NCBI RefSeq assembly: GCF_000143415.4
Contig: NW_003314429.1
Span: forward strand, 124,001-188,000
Length of the DNA stretch: 64,000 bases
Direction: 5' to 3'
Source of the DNA: Selaginella moellendorffii
Lineage: Eukaryota; Plantae; Lycopodiophyta
Part shown: positions 23,599-34,747 of the stretch, piece after piece
Layout: every line of letters begins with the position of its first letter
How positions within the stretch are numbered: the first letter of the stretch is position 1
The notes under the pieces: model-generated
Seen by the model: the letters and a program-made list of their open reading frames with translations, nothing else
Told to the model about the DNA's origin: nothing
The model's database searches: none
Program-made: the position numbers and the translations under genes

Positions 23599-24430
23599 TC
23601 AAGGGAAATCCACGTCCTTTTGGGCCAAGAGAAGCTCAAAACGAGGAACGAGAAGTACTCTTCCATGTCCTTTAACACTCGCTACTTCGTGCCTGGGTTG
23701 AAAAAAAAACGGCACAAAATTAGAGAGACTGTCCTCAGCGAAGATCTTTCCTTCCCATGGAGGATGGATGGATACAACACATCCGACCTGTACATCGGGA
23801 GAAAGGCTGTCGAAAATAGCGGTGGCAGCTTCAAAGGTCTCCAAAACCTCGCACTTTGTGGATGTGAGATGTGCCTCAGGCGACGATTTCTCGAGCACTC
23901 GTAAAGTGAGAGAACCATCTAAAGCAAGGAACCATGATCATGTCGAAGAGAACAAAACAGGGAAAGACATACCAGCTGGTTTCATGTCTGAGCTCAAGTG
24001 ATTGTGGCGCCCTCCCAGTTGTGCCAAGAGCGCTTCAAACCTTTACGAATCAAAGAAACGTCAGATGTTAAGGACGGCATGGAAGAGCCACTGACTTAGA
24101 CTTTGACGAGGTTTCTGCCGGAAGATCACCGCCGTCGCTGCTAAACTCTTGAAGCTCTTGCACAGAAAGCTTGGTCAAGGATGCATCCTAGAAAAACAAT
24201 CAGTGAGAGGAGAAGAAAGAGAAGGGCCAGGCTATGTCTCGTTACCTCGGACGTGGTATCACTTTCGATCGGATCAAGGCTAGAATCCACCCTGGAAGAG
24301 AATGATCGCTAGAAATGAAGAATAGAATCACTGGAAATGCAGCTACCTCGTGCTTGCCTTGCGCCCAACATCGTCGTCGTCGTCGGCATCTGAGATTCCA
24401 TCCTCCAGCTCCAGTGGCCGTCGCGGGCTG
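23599..24430 (-). pseudogene. Unknown multi-exon gene, copy 1 (start codon lost to a 6-nt deletion relative to copy 2)
   Basis: Short exons with splice sites assemble to ...DDDDDVGRKASTRVDSS...VQVGCVVSIHPPW...HEVASVK. Copy 2 retains the ATG. Confidence 0.4.
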
Positions 24431-26504
24431 CCCCGGGTTTAAACGAGAATATGGCGTGGCTGTTGTTTAAGTAGTTCTGACATATCATGAACCGTTGGAT
24501 GAATTCTAGCACATAGACTTTTATAGGTCGGCATGTTGTCTTTGTTCAGGTACACAGAAAGCATCAGCTCGTAGATGAGATGACACAGTTTGCGACGATT
24601 TTTCCTTGGTTTGAATGGATGTCAGGACAATCTTGGTGACCACAACCATGGCAGGCCAAAAGCCATTTGACCTACATTCCCAGGAAGGGAGATGAAGTGA
24701 TTGTAATGGTTAAATATATATGAACATTCCCCAATGTCCCATAGGGATTGTTAGTGTTGTCATCAAGAAACTAATCTAATGATGCATACCTATTGCAGCC
24801 AACCACAACAAAAACATCAAGAGTGCAAACACCACTGCCCTCAACCTCCAGCCAAAGCTGACCATATGTAGGTGAGGTACTAGCCTTGGGGATATCCTTG
24901 CTGTGATGCTTTATTTCTTGATCATGGAATTCTTGTATAAGTTCCTCCCTCCAAAATCTATTTTAATCCCTGTTGAAGCATAGTCACTACCGTGACTTGT
25001 GAAAGCAAGGAGTATATAAGTATTGTATCCCTATACATGTGTGTGTCTACTGTATATTCTGTCCTAACATGGTCTTAGAGGATTAAGGGCAATTTGTAAG
25101 TGATGGGAAAGTATAGTGGATTTGAGGGATTTTTGTCTAATTGTTGAGAGGAAGCTGAAAAAGAAGAAGGTTCTTGGGTTACTCACTTGAAAGGAGCAGC
25201 CACCATCAAGGCTGAATGAAATAGATCATGGTTTAAGTAGGCTAAGTTGCCAAGTCATCCTAGACATATTCAAGCATCATCAGTCTTTGGAGGAATGGCC
25301 ATATAACTAATAAGCTTACTAGACTATACAAATTTATAATTCTATATAGACTTTGAATTTAGTGAGTGTAACACATGTTTAATCCCATTACAGATAGCCA
25401 AGGGTATCCATGACATACTAGTTTGTTATGTTAATGTTGAGAAGGGAGCCTCTCAACAGCGGGAAAAACACTCTATCATACTCTAAAATCCAATTCTCCA
25501 TTGTTTGAATATTCTAGGGTATGGGCACAGGGGTATATTCCCCATTTTTTAGGGCAGAGAGTTCACAAAGAGATATTTTTATATTTTAGAGAATCTTGCT
25601 CAACTCTAACCATCTAAAGAATGCATTAACTCTGTTGCACGTGAGAACGCAAGGCTTAAGTATTGGTGTAGACTCCAATATGATGTCCTGTGTTAACAAC
25701 TGTTGTGAGGAAAAAAGACTAAAGAAAAATGAAGAAAAAAGAAGATGAAGAAAAAAGAAAGTGTAGAGTTCTGGAGTTAAAAGGAAACCATATGGGAGAA
25801 GTTGACAAAAGAACTAGATACTAAAACAAAAAGAGATAAAATGGAGAAAAAACAAGTGAAAATAAGAGAAAACCTCTAAAAAAAACCTTAAACCTCTAAA
25901 AAAAACAGCATGGAAGAACAGAGTCATCAAGGATGCATCCTAGAAAAAGACCTCATTACCTCGCACTCGATTTTGTTACGGTTTAAGGTTTATTGGCAAT
26001 CACTAGAATTCATGGTCGATGAAGTGAGTGACAAGCGTGGCCGCTGTGCTGTTGTTTGTACCAACATTCTCCTACTCACTTACAAGCACAGGAGCCATAA
26101 ATCTTGGGATGTTGGCCAGGTTTTTAGCCTTCCAAACATTATTCTTTTATTGTATTTATGTTTTCGAAACATGAGAAAGTATAAATCAGCAGAGAAGGTT
26201 TGGATTTCGAGTCATGAGATGGTAGGCTTATCCCAGCCGAAAACTTCCGGGTAGTGGTTGCCTACATATATCCGATGCAAGTAAAAGTTTTTTTGAGTCT
26301 TCTTAGACAAACATATCTTTCTTTTTTAGTTTAGACTTTATTCTACTAAGGTTGAGTGGGGATTACAAATTTGAGTGGTTTCCAAAAACACAGGCAATGG
26401 GAAATTGCTACAACAAATAACGACGTACTATACTATTGGTTGATTTAACCGGTGAATTATCTCTTTTAGCCTTTTTCTTTCCCAACAGTATCAAAGAGGG
26501 TATT

Positions 26505-26663
26505 TGTAATGCATGTGATTATGGTACTGTCACCGTAGATCCTTGGAACCTTGGGGGATAAATAGGGATAAAATAGCCACTAAAGGCTCTCTCATTAAGC
26601 AATTACCCCTTTTTCAGTTGGTTTAAGGGGAGAGAGATAATGTGCGTTACATGGTATCAAAGC
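26505..26663 (+). mobile_element. Short LTR-like unit followed by a tRNA-iMet PBS (remnant); second copy at about 55457-55632
   Basis: TGTAATGCA...TGCGTTACA inverted termini (26505-26651) immediately followed by TGGTATCAAAGC. Confidence 0.55.
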
Positions 26664-26749
26664 AAATGGTATGGGTTCGATTCCCATTGATTAGTATTTA
26701 CATTGATTAGTGGTTACTTAAAAGTTTAATATACCCTTGAGCAAGGTAT

Positions 26750-27690
26750 TCCTACCCGAAATCATATGTATTGAGCATCCATGCATACGTCTTTCTTCTT
26801 GTGTGAAGTATCCACGGACAAAGGTATCCATCGTGTGCCGAAATCATATGTATTAAGCATCCATGTGTACATCTTTCCTTTTGTGTGAAGTATCTACGGA
26901 CGAAGGTATCCACCGCGTGACTACCACACACGGGTGTTACCTCACATGGAATAGCTAGTTTACACAATAGAAAGATTGGTGAAGTATCTATAGACGAAGG
27001 TATCCACCGTGTGACTACCACACACGGGTGTTACCTCATATGGAATAGCTAATTTATACAATAGAAAGATTGGTAGATTGGATTGAATTGGAGGTGTTAG
27101 TTTCCCTTGGCTCAATAGGGGTTATTAATCAAAAGTTACCAAGATACTGGATTGGTAGATTTAGTGCGGAAATGGAGTCAATAGTTACCCTCTTATGTGA
27201 AGTATCCATGGACGAAAGTATCCACCATGGGACTATGGTACATGTGACTACCACACACGAGTGTTGCCTATTGGATTGGATTGGAGGTGCTGGTTCCCCT
27301 TGGTTCAATAGAGGTTGTTAATCAAAAGTTACCAAGATACCGGATTGGTAGATTTAATGCAGAAATGGAGGTGTTAGCTTAGTAGAGGTTGTTAGTCAAT
27401 AGTTACCCTCTTGTGTGAATTATCCATGGATGAAGGTATCCACCGTGGGATTACAGTACATATGACTACCACACACGGGTGTTGCCTCACATGGAATAGC
27501 TTGTCTACACAATGGAAGGATTAGTAGATTGGATTGAATTAAAGGTGTTGGTTCTCCTTGGCTCAGTAAGGGTTGTTAATTAATAGTTACCAAGATACTA
27601 AATTCGTAGATTTAGTGTGGAAATGGAGGTGTTAATTCCCTTTAGCTCAGTAGAGGTTGTTAGTCAATAGTTACTAAAATACCAAAGAAC
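26750..27690. repeat. Degenerate modular tandem repeat (satellite-like)
   Basis: Recurring modules GACTACCACACACGGGTG, GAAGTATCCATGGACGAAAGTATCCAC and GATTGGTAGATTGGATTG. Confidence 0.85.
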
Positions 27691-28263
27691 CACAAAGGCC
27701 CTTGGATGCCCAAATGCTTGATTTTGCTTTGGGACAAGATCATGGCATACCTACCTCAAGTGAGCAGTCGGAGTGGGGCAGGGAATAAGAAAACTAAAAG
27801 ATAATGGGAGGATAGATAGAAAGCCCACCTCTTTGTGCATACATATATATAATGAAATCAAAAGTAACTTTGTCAAATTGTCCAGTCTCAAAAATTTCAA
27901 ATGGGGCTCTTCCATCCATTGGTTGTCCTTAGGAAAATGCACAGACACATTCAGTTTCCACAGCATCTTCAGCATTCACTGAGCAAAGCCACTCAGATGA
28001 GGTGCACAAAATTTGTCTAAGAATCAAGTACAATCACTTGATCACCTATTCCAAAAGAATAAAAAACAGAAAAAAGAATGAAACAAGTACAATTCGAGAC
28101 ATACTGCTCCAGTAAGTCTCTTAAGACATAAAGCATAAAGGATCATTCGTACTCTGCTGGGCACCTGGAGTATCTGAAGCCTGTCATGGGGAGAATAGTA
28201 TGCATGACCCAGTAGCAACCTCAAATCTCTATAAATTTGCAAGTTTAGGGTTGTCATTTTAGA

Positions 28264-29136
28264 ATGGGGCGCAAGGATTTGGCGGAGCCTGGCACCGGAT
28301 GGAAGCCCTTCCCGCCGCGTTTTGGGGAATGGATTGTGAACGTCGACAAGGTGAGGTCACACCTTGGTTTGAAGCATTCTTCTTCGTGGGTGAAGAAGCC
28401 TTTTGCGAGAATAGCAAAAGCTTGGTTGGGTTTGTCCGATTGGGATTTTGCTGTTGAGGAAGCTGCAGAGATTCTGGGAAGGGATGACCAGGGCAACAAG
28501 GCCGTCCTTATTGGGGAGGGCTTGTGTTGCCTCACAGTCGCAGAAGAAGAAGAAGTTCCCTCCACCAAGATTTACAAGGCTGGAGACAAGATCAGGCTTG
28601 TGTTTCCTTTCCTCAAGGAAGGAAGGAAGGAGGTGGAGGGGATCATCCTTTCACCCGCGTGCACCGAGGGCCCAGGGACGATGGTGGCAGACATGGCGGT
28701 CAAGGCTTTCCCATCTTACTGCGTGGGGTTTGGAGATTGGGAGCCCAAGTTGTATCGGTCCACGCGGCTGGAGGTCAACACCCTCCAGGTTCTACTCCAC
28801 TGCAATATGAGGGATGAGGTTGTGGCGAGGCTCGGCTACCCGGACAATGATCGTGTGAAGGCGTGGCCGGTGGATGTGAACGCTCCTGCCTCGCATGGAG
28901 ATGCTGTTATCGCGTTCTCCTGCAACGAGTTTGGGCTGAGTGGCACCAGCCTTGCAATTGGGTCGCAAGGCACGTATACCACTTTCCCCTGGTTCGGGGC
29001 CATCCATGACAGGCTTCAGATACTCCAGGTGCCTGAGACTAGGGAGGCGTTGAAGGCATCTGGTTATCCGATCCCAGCAGAGTACGAAGGGACCACATGG
29101 CGAGAGCCAGAAGTATTTGGTTTTGATAGTGACTAA
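28264..29136 (+). CDS. Hypothetical protein, 290 aa, no recognisable domain
   Basis: ATG-initiated intronless ORF that is GC-richer than its AT-rich flanks and has ordinary globular composition. Confidence 0.6.
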   Translation: MGRKDLAEPGTGWKPFPPRFGEWIVNVDKVRSHLGLKHSSSWVKKPFARIAKAWLGLSDWDFAVEEAAEILGRDDQGNKAVLIGEGLCCLTVAEEEEVPSTKIYKAGDKIRLVFPFLKEGRKEVEGIILSPACTEGPGTMVADMAVKAFPSYCVGFGDWEPKLYRSTRLEVNTLQVLLHCNMRDEVVARLGYPDNDRVKAWPVDVNAPASHGDAVIAFSCNEFGLSGTSLAIGSQGTYTTFPWFGAIHDRLQILQVPETREALKASGYPIPAEYEGTTWREPEVFGFDSD

Positions 29137-31440
29137 ATCACACTAGGGGGTATGTGCATTCCTGGTTTTTACAATAAAGAATTAATTTTTATGTACTTGG
29201 CGGGGAGCTGGCGGAGAAGCAGTGGCGGTTTCAACAGCAGCAGGATCAAGGTGTTAAGTTGCCAACAATTTCTCGGCAGGCACAAGACCAGGAGCTCTTG
29301 GGAGGAGCCTTCTTAGGTGGCGGAGCTTGTCAAGGTTCGCGGCAGCAAGTATCCAGGACTGCCAGATGTCCTTTCGTTCTTGTCATGTTGGTTGTGTTGT
29401 TTGAGCGGGTCAAGCTCACCATTCCCGGACGATCCGAGCATCACTGCCCACATAGCATGGGATTGATCGGTAGGTTTTTTCCTTCGCTTGGTAATCATCT
29501 CCGAATCGAAGCGTGGTTTTTCTCAATTGCAAACCTGGTGAGGACGACAATCCTTTTTTCCCCGCTGGCGTGTTTGCGTCCGGGAGTTTGCACCACATCT
29601 GGTGGTAGCTTTTTGCGTGTGTCCTCTATGGGTCCTCTCTCTGTCCATGAATTGCACAAGATCCTGCAAGTTTTCCGAGTCTCTAAAAAAACGTTTAAGT
29701 GGTGAATACTACCATATGCATCTTCTGGTGAATGGCGGGCAAGGACACAGTGAGGATAACCTTCGTCTTCTGGCAGGTATTCATGACGTGCAAACCTTCT
29801 TTCCTCATTGTAGATCTAAAACCAACAGCAAAGAGTGACGCCACAAATGATATCAAACATCAAACACCGATTGAGTGTTGTCTTAGTTCAGCCATTGAGG
29901 TGGATTAACCTGCTAATCTCCCACCATTCCCAAAATTAAGAGAAAATCCTTGAGAGGCGTTGCAGGCAGCTGGTTATCCAATCCCAGCAGAGTACGCTGA
30001 GAGGTTTTTGACCTCCTCAATAACCCATATTAGAATGTATATAAACAATACTGTAGCTTAAATTAATTTTCTATTTCTTTAACAGAAATTACTATTATTA
30101 ATATTATGGTTTGTTTGATCCGAGGGAGTTGGCTGAGAAGTGGCAGAACGATGCAGAAGAAGGAAGACCCCTGCTGGGCGGCTAGAGCAAGGTAGTCTCG
30201 GTTTTGCGTTATGAATTGCTTGCTTTGCTCCAGCAGAATGTCAAAAGCGTGGAGATTGAATATGTTCTAGACATATCTCCCTTCGGGCCATGGATTTGTG
30301 GAGTTCCAGCGGATTTTTGACAAATTCAATCGTCTAGAGGAAGAGGCAGGGACTTCCATTTTTAGAAGCTACAATTTTTGTGTTGCATTGGATGAGATGA
30401 TCTGCATTTCTCGGAACTCATAGGTAGTTTTTTCTCGGCTCTGAAATTATGCATGTCTCTGCAGGGAAAGCGGAAAAGTTGCCATTTCATTTGCTTCGAC
30501 GGGAATTCCAAATACTCTACTGCCTGAAACATGCAAGGTTTGTGGACGTTTTCCTGCTTCATTCGCTTTCCTTTTGAGTACTTCACAGGTTTGAAGAGTA
30601 GCAGCAGAAAAGCAACATGGTTGCTGCGGTAAATGAAAGAAACTTACATGTTTTTTTGCGAATTGCCTAAGCTTTTACATACGTTTCCGAAGAAACGAAA
30701 GCGCAGGCCGAGAAAGATTCTCGCACAAAGAAAGTCGACTTCAAGTTTTGATGGAAATAGAAACTTATAAAAAATGGTTTTGGGAAGATATGGAGCTCCT
30801 CTGTTGCATAGCCCTTTGTTTCTTTCCAGGCCAACGAACCAAAGCCACCTGCTGAACTGACCGTGAACATTGTGCTGCATTTTGGAGAACTACCTCCCAG
30901 GGCCTTGCAGCCATACACTGGCTTGGAGTTCATGATCCCTTTCTCAATCGAGGTTCCAGCTCCAGCTCCGGCTCCAGTCCCAAAGGAGGGTGTGGTACCG
31001 GTAAAGTGCCTAACTAAGCATTAGAGTACGTACGCAACTCGGACATTGATAGTGAGCAAACTGTGCAAGGATTGAAGCTTGCATGAAGTCCAGCGGCGGA
31101 GTATCAGCTTCACGACCCCAAAGAAGGTACTTGCCAGTTTCTTCTCGCTTTTGTGGTACTCGACTATTCCAGATGAGCTACTGGAGCTCCAAAACCAACC
31201 GAGAATTCTTAGTGCCAATTGCTTGGCAGTGTCTTGAGTTGCCAACAGTCACCGGCAAGGGAAAAAAAACTGAGAAAAGTGAGCCTCTAGCTGTAAACTC
31301 CCCAAGATTGGACTCCCGATACAACTGGAAGAATTCATATGGAAGTTTATGAGTGTCAAAAATCATAGATCATAAAGCTTACGAGTACGTTTTATATACT
31401 TTACAAAGTCTGGCTCGTTCTCTAATCCTTGTAATGTCTC

Positions 31441-31600
31441 CAGGACCCCAGCCGGTAATGAAACTCCCAATGCAATCAACCTTCAAAAGGCAAAACGTAG
31501 CGAACCAGATATCAGGCTATATCAGGACTCCAGCCGGTAATGAAACTCCCAATGCAATCAACCTTCAAAAGGCAAAACGTAGCGAACCAGATATCAGGCT
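31441..31600 (+). repeat. 82-bp tandem duplication
   Basis: CAGGAC.CCAGCCGGTAATGAAACTCC...GATATCAGGCT occurs at 31441 and 31523. Confidence 0.93.
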
Positions 31601-34220
31601 GTCATTGACCTTCTTATGTATGTATGCTTACTGTTTTGTCTTTTTACAGGTTTTAAAGGAAAAGAAAGAAAGTGCTCAAGCAGAAATTTTTGTGGGAAAT
31701 ACTGGGGGTTGGCAAAAAGAGAGCCAAGTCAACGCAGTTGACTAAAGAATATTCTGTTACACTTAAAGAGTACTTTTTGAATATGCTAAGAATATCCTTT
31801 TATAATGAAAATATTTCCTCATTATAATTATACTACAACTATAATTTATATTGTATATTATTTAATATCAGATATATTATTATAACTACAATAATTTATA
31901 TCTCAAATCTATACATATAGAAGAACTAATTTGCTTTCTTCTTCTCTCTCACCTTTTTTGTTTTTCTCTTTTCTTCTCTCATGCATGATTATCAATGAGT
32001 TTTGATATGAAAGCTAACTTTTACTTAATGTGCATGTTATAATGTTTTGGATGCCTCTTCATAAACTTAGTTACAACCTTCATGTGGGGTGGCATATCAT
32101 CAGGAACTTTCTTCATAATAATACACTAAATTATTGCATAATGCCAAGATCACAATCTAATCCAAAAGCATTATGACTATTGTGTCAAGCAACAAATAAA
32201 AAGCCTCTATGCCACTAAAGAAATCAAGGATACAACCACCTTCACGGCAAAAGTGTTGCATAACCATGTTTGCTAAAGTTTTTGACTTTTGTGAAAGAGG
32301 TTGCCTATAAAGAATATTAAAAGTATTTTCTTGTTAAAAAAAATGACTTACTAAGTTTTGCATTCAATGTGATCTATGGCAATATTGGCTGATTTATATT
32401 GGAAGAGAGTTGATGAAAAGTTCAAAAGCAAAGCCACTTTTTCTTTTGCTTTTATTGTCTTGGGGAATAATAACATTGAAATAACTTTGATCTATACTGC
32501 AAAATCAATTATTAATCAGGAAATAAAAGAACTTTAAACATACCTACTTCTTGCCTCTGAAGCCTGTTTGTGACTTTGGTATGTAGTCTTCAGTTAGGAT
32601 AAAATGAGCTTGAGAAAACACTTCTGCCATCTCAACTATCTATCCAAAAAGTTAAATACCAACTGAAAGTCCCATAAAATTCTTTTGCAAGAGTAACACC
32701 AGAATAAAACTAAGTTGAATTATTATCATCATATTTCTGGAAAACTTATTTTAAATCCTTCTTCCTAGCTTGGATTTGAAATTCAAGCACTCATGCTCAT
32801 ATCCCAATGGGAGAAATTTAGGTAAACTTCTTTATCTGAGGCTTATAGACTTTGCCTTGCAGCAGAGAATGGACATTAGATTCTTCTATCCAGCCTAACC
32901 CTAGTTATAATGCTTAAGAGAAGAAACAACTTATGCCTTTGCTTGAAGATTAACAATAGACAGAAATTTCATTTGTCCCATAGAGTTTACTCATTCCTAA
33001 TAGTAGCTAGCCTTTTGAGCTAGTCTTGGTAAAAAGTAGTATGAAATACTAGAGTGTTCCATCCATTGTAATTGTGGATGAAATCCCTAAAATGTACCCA
33101 AAGAATGGTAGAACCAGCAATAAGTGCATCCATTTGGAGTGAGAAAACAATAAAATGAAGAGAAATGGAAACTTTAGTATATTGTTCTTTTGCAAACTTC
33201 ATATCAGGATTTTTATTTCAGCAGGTATGCAACCCTCTGCTATTCTTGAATAAAGGCTCCCTATAGCCCTAGAAATGTGTGAAACAAAGAAAAAATTAAG
33301 ACATTGAATAAGAAAGAAAAGAAGGATTAAATGCACATGTGCGCGCATGCACACACACACACACATATGGCAATCATGATCTTTTGTATATGCACAATCC
33401 TCTTAAGTGCTTTAAAATCAAATTGAAGTTTCAATATCTAAAATCAGTTTGACATGTGGGTTGGTGTTTAGAAGTCTTTATGGTCCGATTATAAGCATAT
33501 TTGAAAATAATATTCTGAAAATGGAAATATATGATGCTGCCAATAGCACTTTTAAATGAAGAAGTACTAAAGAAAAAGCAATATAAATATTTAACTTTTG
33601 TTAAACTAGTAGCAAAACATAATAAAAATAATAATTATAGATATATATTTTAGCATGGAAGGAAGAGTCAAATTGAAAACATGGTTAAATATTATACACA
33701 AAATCATAAGTAAAAATAATGTTCATTCTTTATTAATAAGAAGTAAGTTTTTCACTAAATCTTATAGAGAACATAAATAATTTAGATGCAACAGCACTCT
33801 CAAGGGAAATTCACATCCTTTCAAGCTAAGAGAAGCTCAAAGACGAATAAAAAATACTCGTCCATGAGGATCATGAGGTGTCCTCCTAGCTGTCCCAAGA
33901 CATATTGTGCTCAAATTGGAGTTCCATGCACCTGAGGAGTATAGCAATGGATCATATCAAATATAAGCTCTTGGAAGATGAGGATAGAATCAACAAGGTT
34001 TAGTCTTAAGAGGGCATTTCAAACCTCTATAAAAAAGACAGCATGGAAGAGTCATTTACAGAGTCATACTTAGTTTTGTTAGGGTTTAGGGTTTATTGGC
34101 GGCCATTCTCACGATGGAATTCATGGTCAACAAAGTGAGTGACAAGCATGGCTGCTATGCTATCATCTGTACCAACATTCTCCTACTCACTAGCCATAGA
34201 TCTTAGGGGTGTTTAGCCTT

Positions 34221-34332
34221 CCAGGCAGGATACATGGTGGCTTACATCTATTCCAAAGGTAGGCTTATGGGGATCTTTCCCAATGACAATGAAGTTGCGA
34301 GACTGGGAATGTCAACCATGAGCATGTTGTGA
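34221..34332 (+). pseudogene. 3' fragment of the complex I NUXM/MNLL gene marking the duplication breakpoint
   Basis: Diverged copy of 6989-7100 (QAGYMVAYIYSKGRLMGIFPNDNEVARLG) that lacks the 5' part of the gene. Confidence 0.9.
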
Positions 34333-34647
34333 TCCAAGCTCGACCTTTTTTGCTTGACGGTATGATTTAAAACAAGAAAAAATAGAAGAACTTCTCGAAA
34401 CCAATAACCATTCATTTTCAAGTAAGCATTTACGTTTTTCATCTTTCTCTCAGTCGTATCAAATTTTGGATCATCATCTTCCAGTCACTCATGCAATAGG
34501 ACCATTATCCACATCTTTTCTCACCTTCTTAGTGGTAGTATTTCAGCATCACTACCTTCAACCTAACAAGGCTTGAAGGATCCAAGATCCCATTTTGCTA
34601 TGATGGATCAAGAGTCTTGTGTCCAAGGATCATTGCCTTAATTTCTT

Positions 34648-34747
34648 NNNNNNNNNNNNNNNNNNNNNNNNNNNNNNNNNNNNNNNNNNNNNNNNNNNNN
34701 NNNNNNNNNNNNNNNNNNNNNNNNNNNNNNNNNNNNNNNNNNNNNNN
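34648..34747. other. Assembly gap (100 N)
   Basis: Run of N. Confidence 0.99.

Larger units (their letters stand above)
6989..27690 (+). repeat. Copy 1 of a large tandem segmental duplication (homologous to about 34221-56364)
   Basis: Same gene order and long near-identical stretches, for example 10200-10900 vs 38030-38780 and 17000-26500 vs 46120-55450. Confidence 0.93.

Noticed and set aside
25910-26254. 114-aa ORF identical in both duplicates
   Set aside because: It has no motifs, identity is expected from the recent duplication, and the diverged third copy near 34040 does not preserve the frame.
26672-26683. GGTTCGATTCC tRNA T-loop/B-box motif
   Set aside because: I could not build a cloverleaf or acceptor stem around it; it follows a retroelement PBS.
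26750-27690. CRISPR-like repeat array
   Set aside because: The context is eukaryotic, the modules are degenerate, the spacers are themselves repeated and there are no cas genes.
30100-31745. Possible exon fragments of a spliced gene
   Set aside because: Splice-like sites are present, but I could not assemble a consistent open frame or recognise a product.
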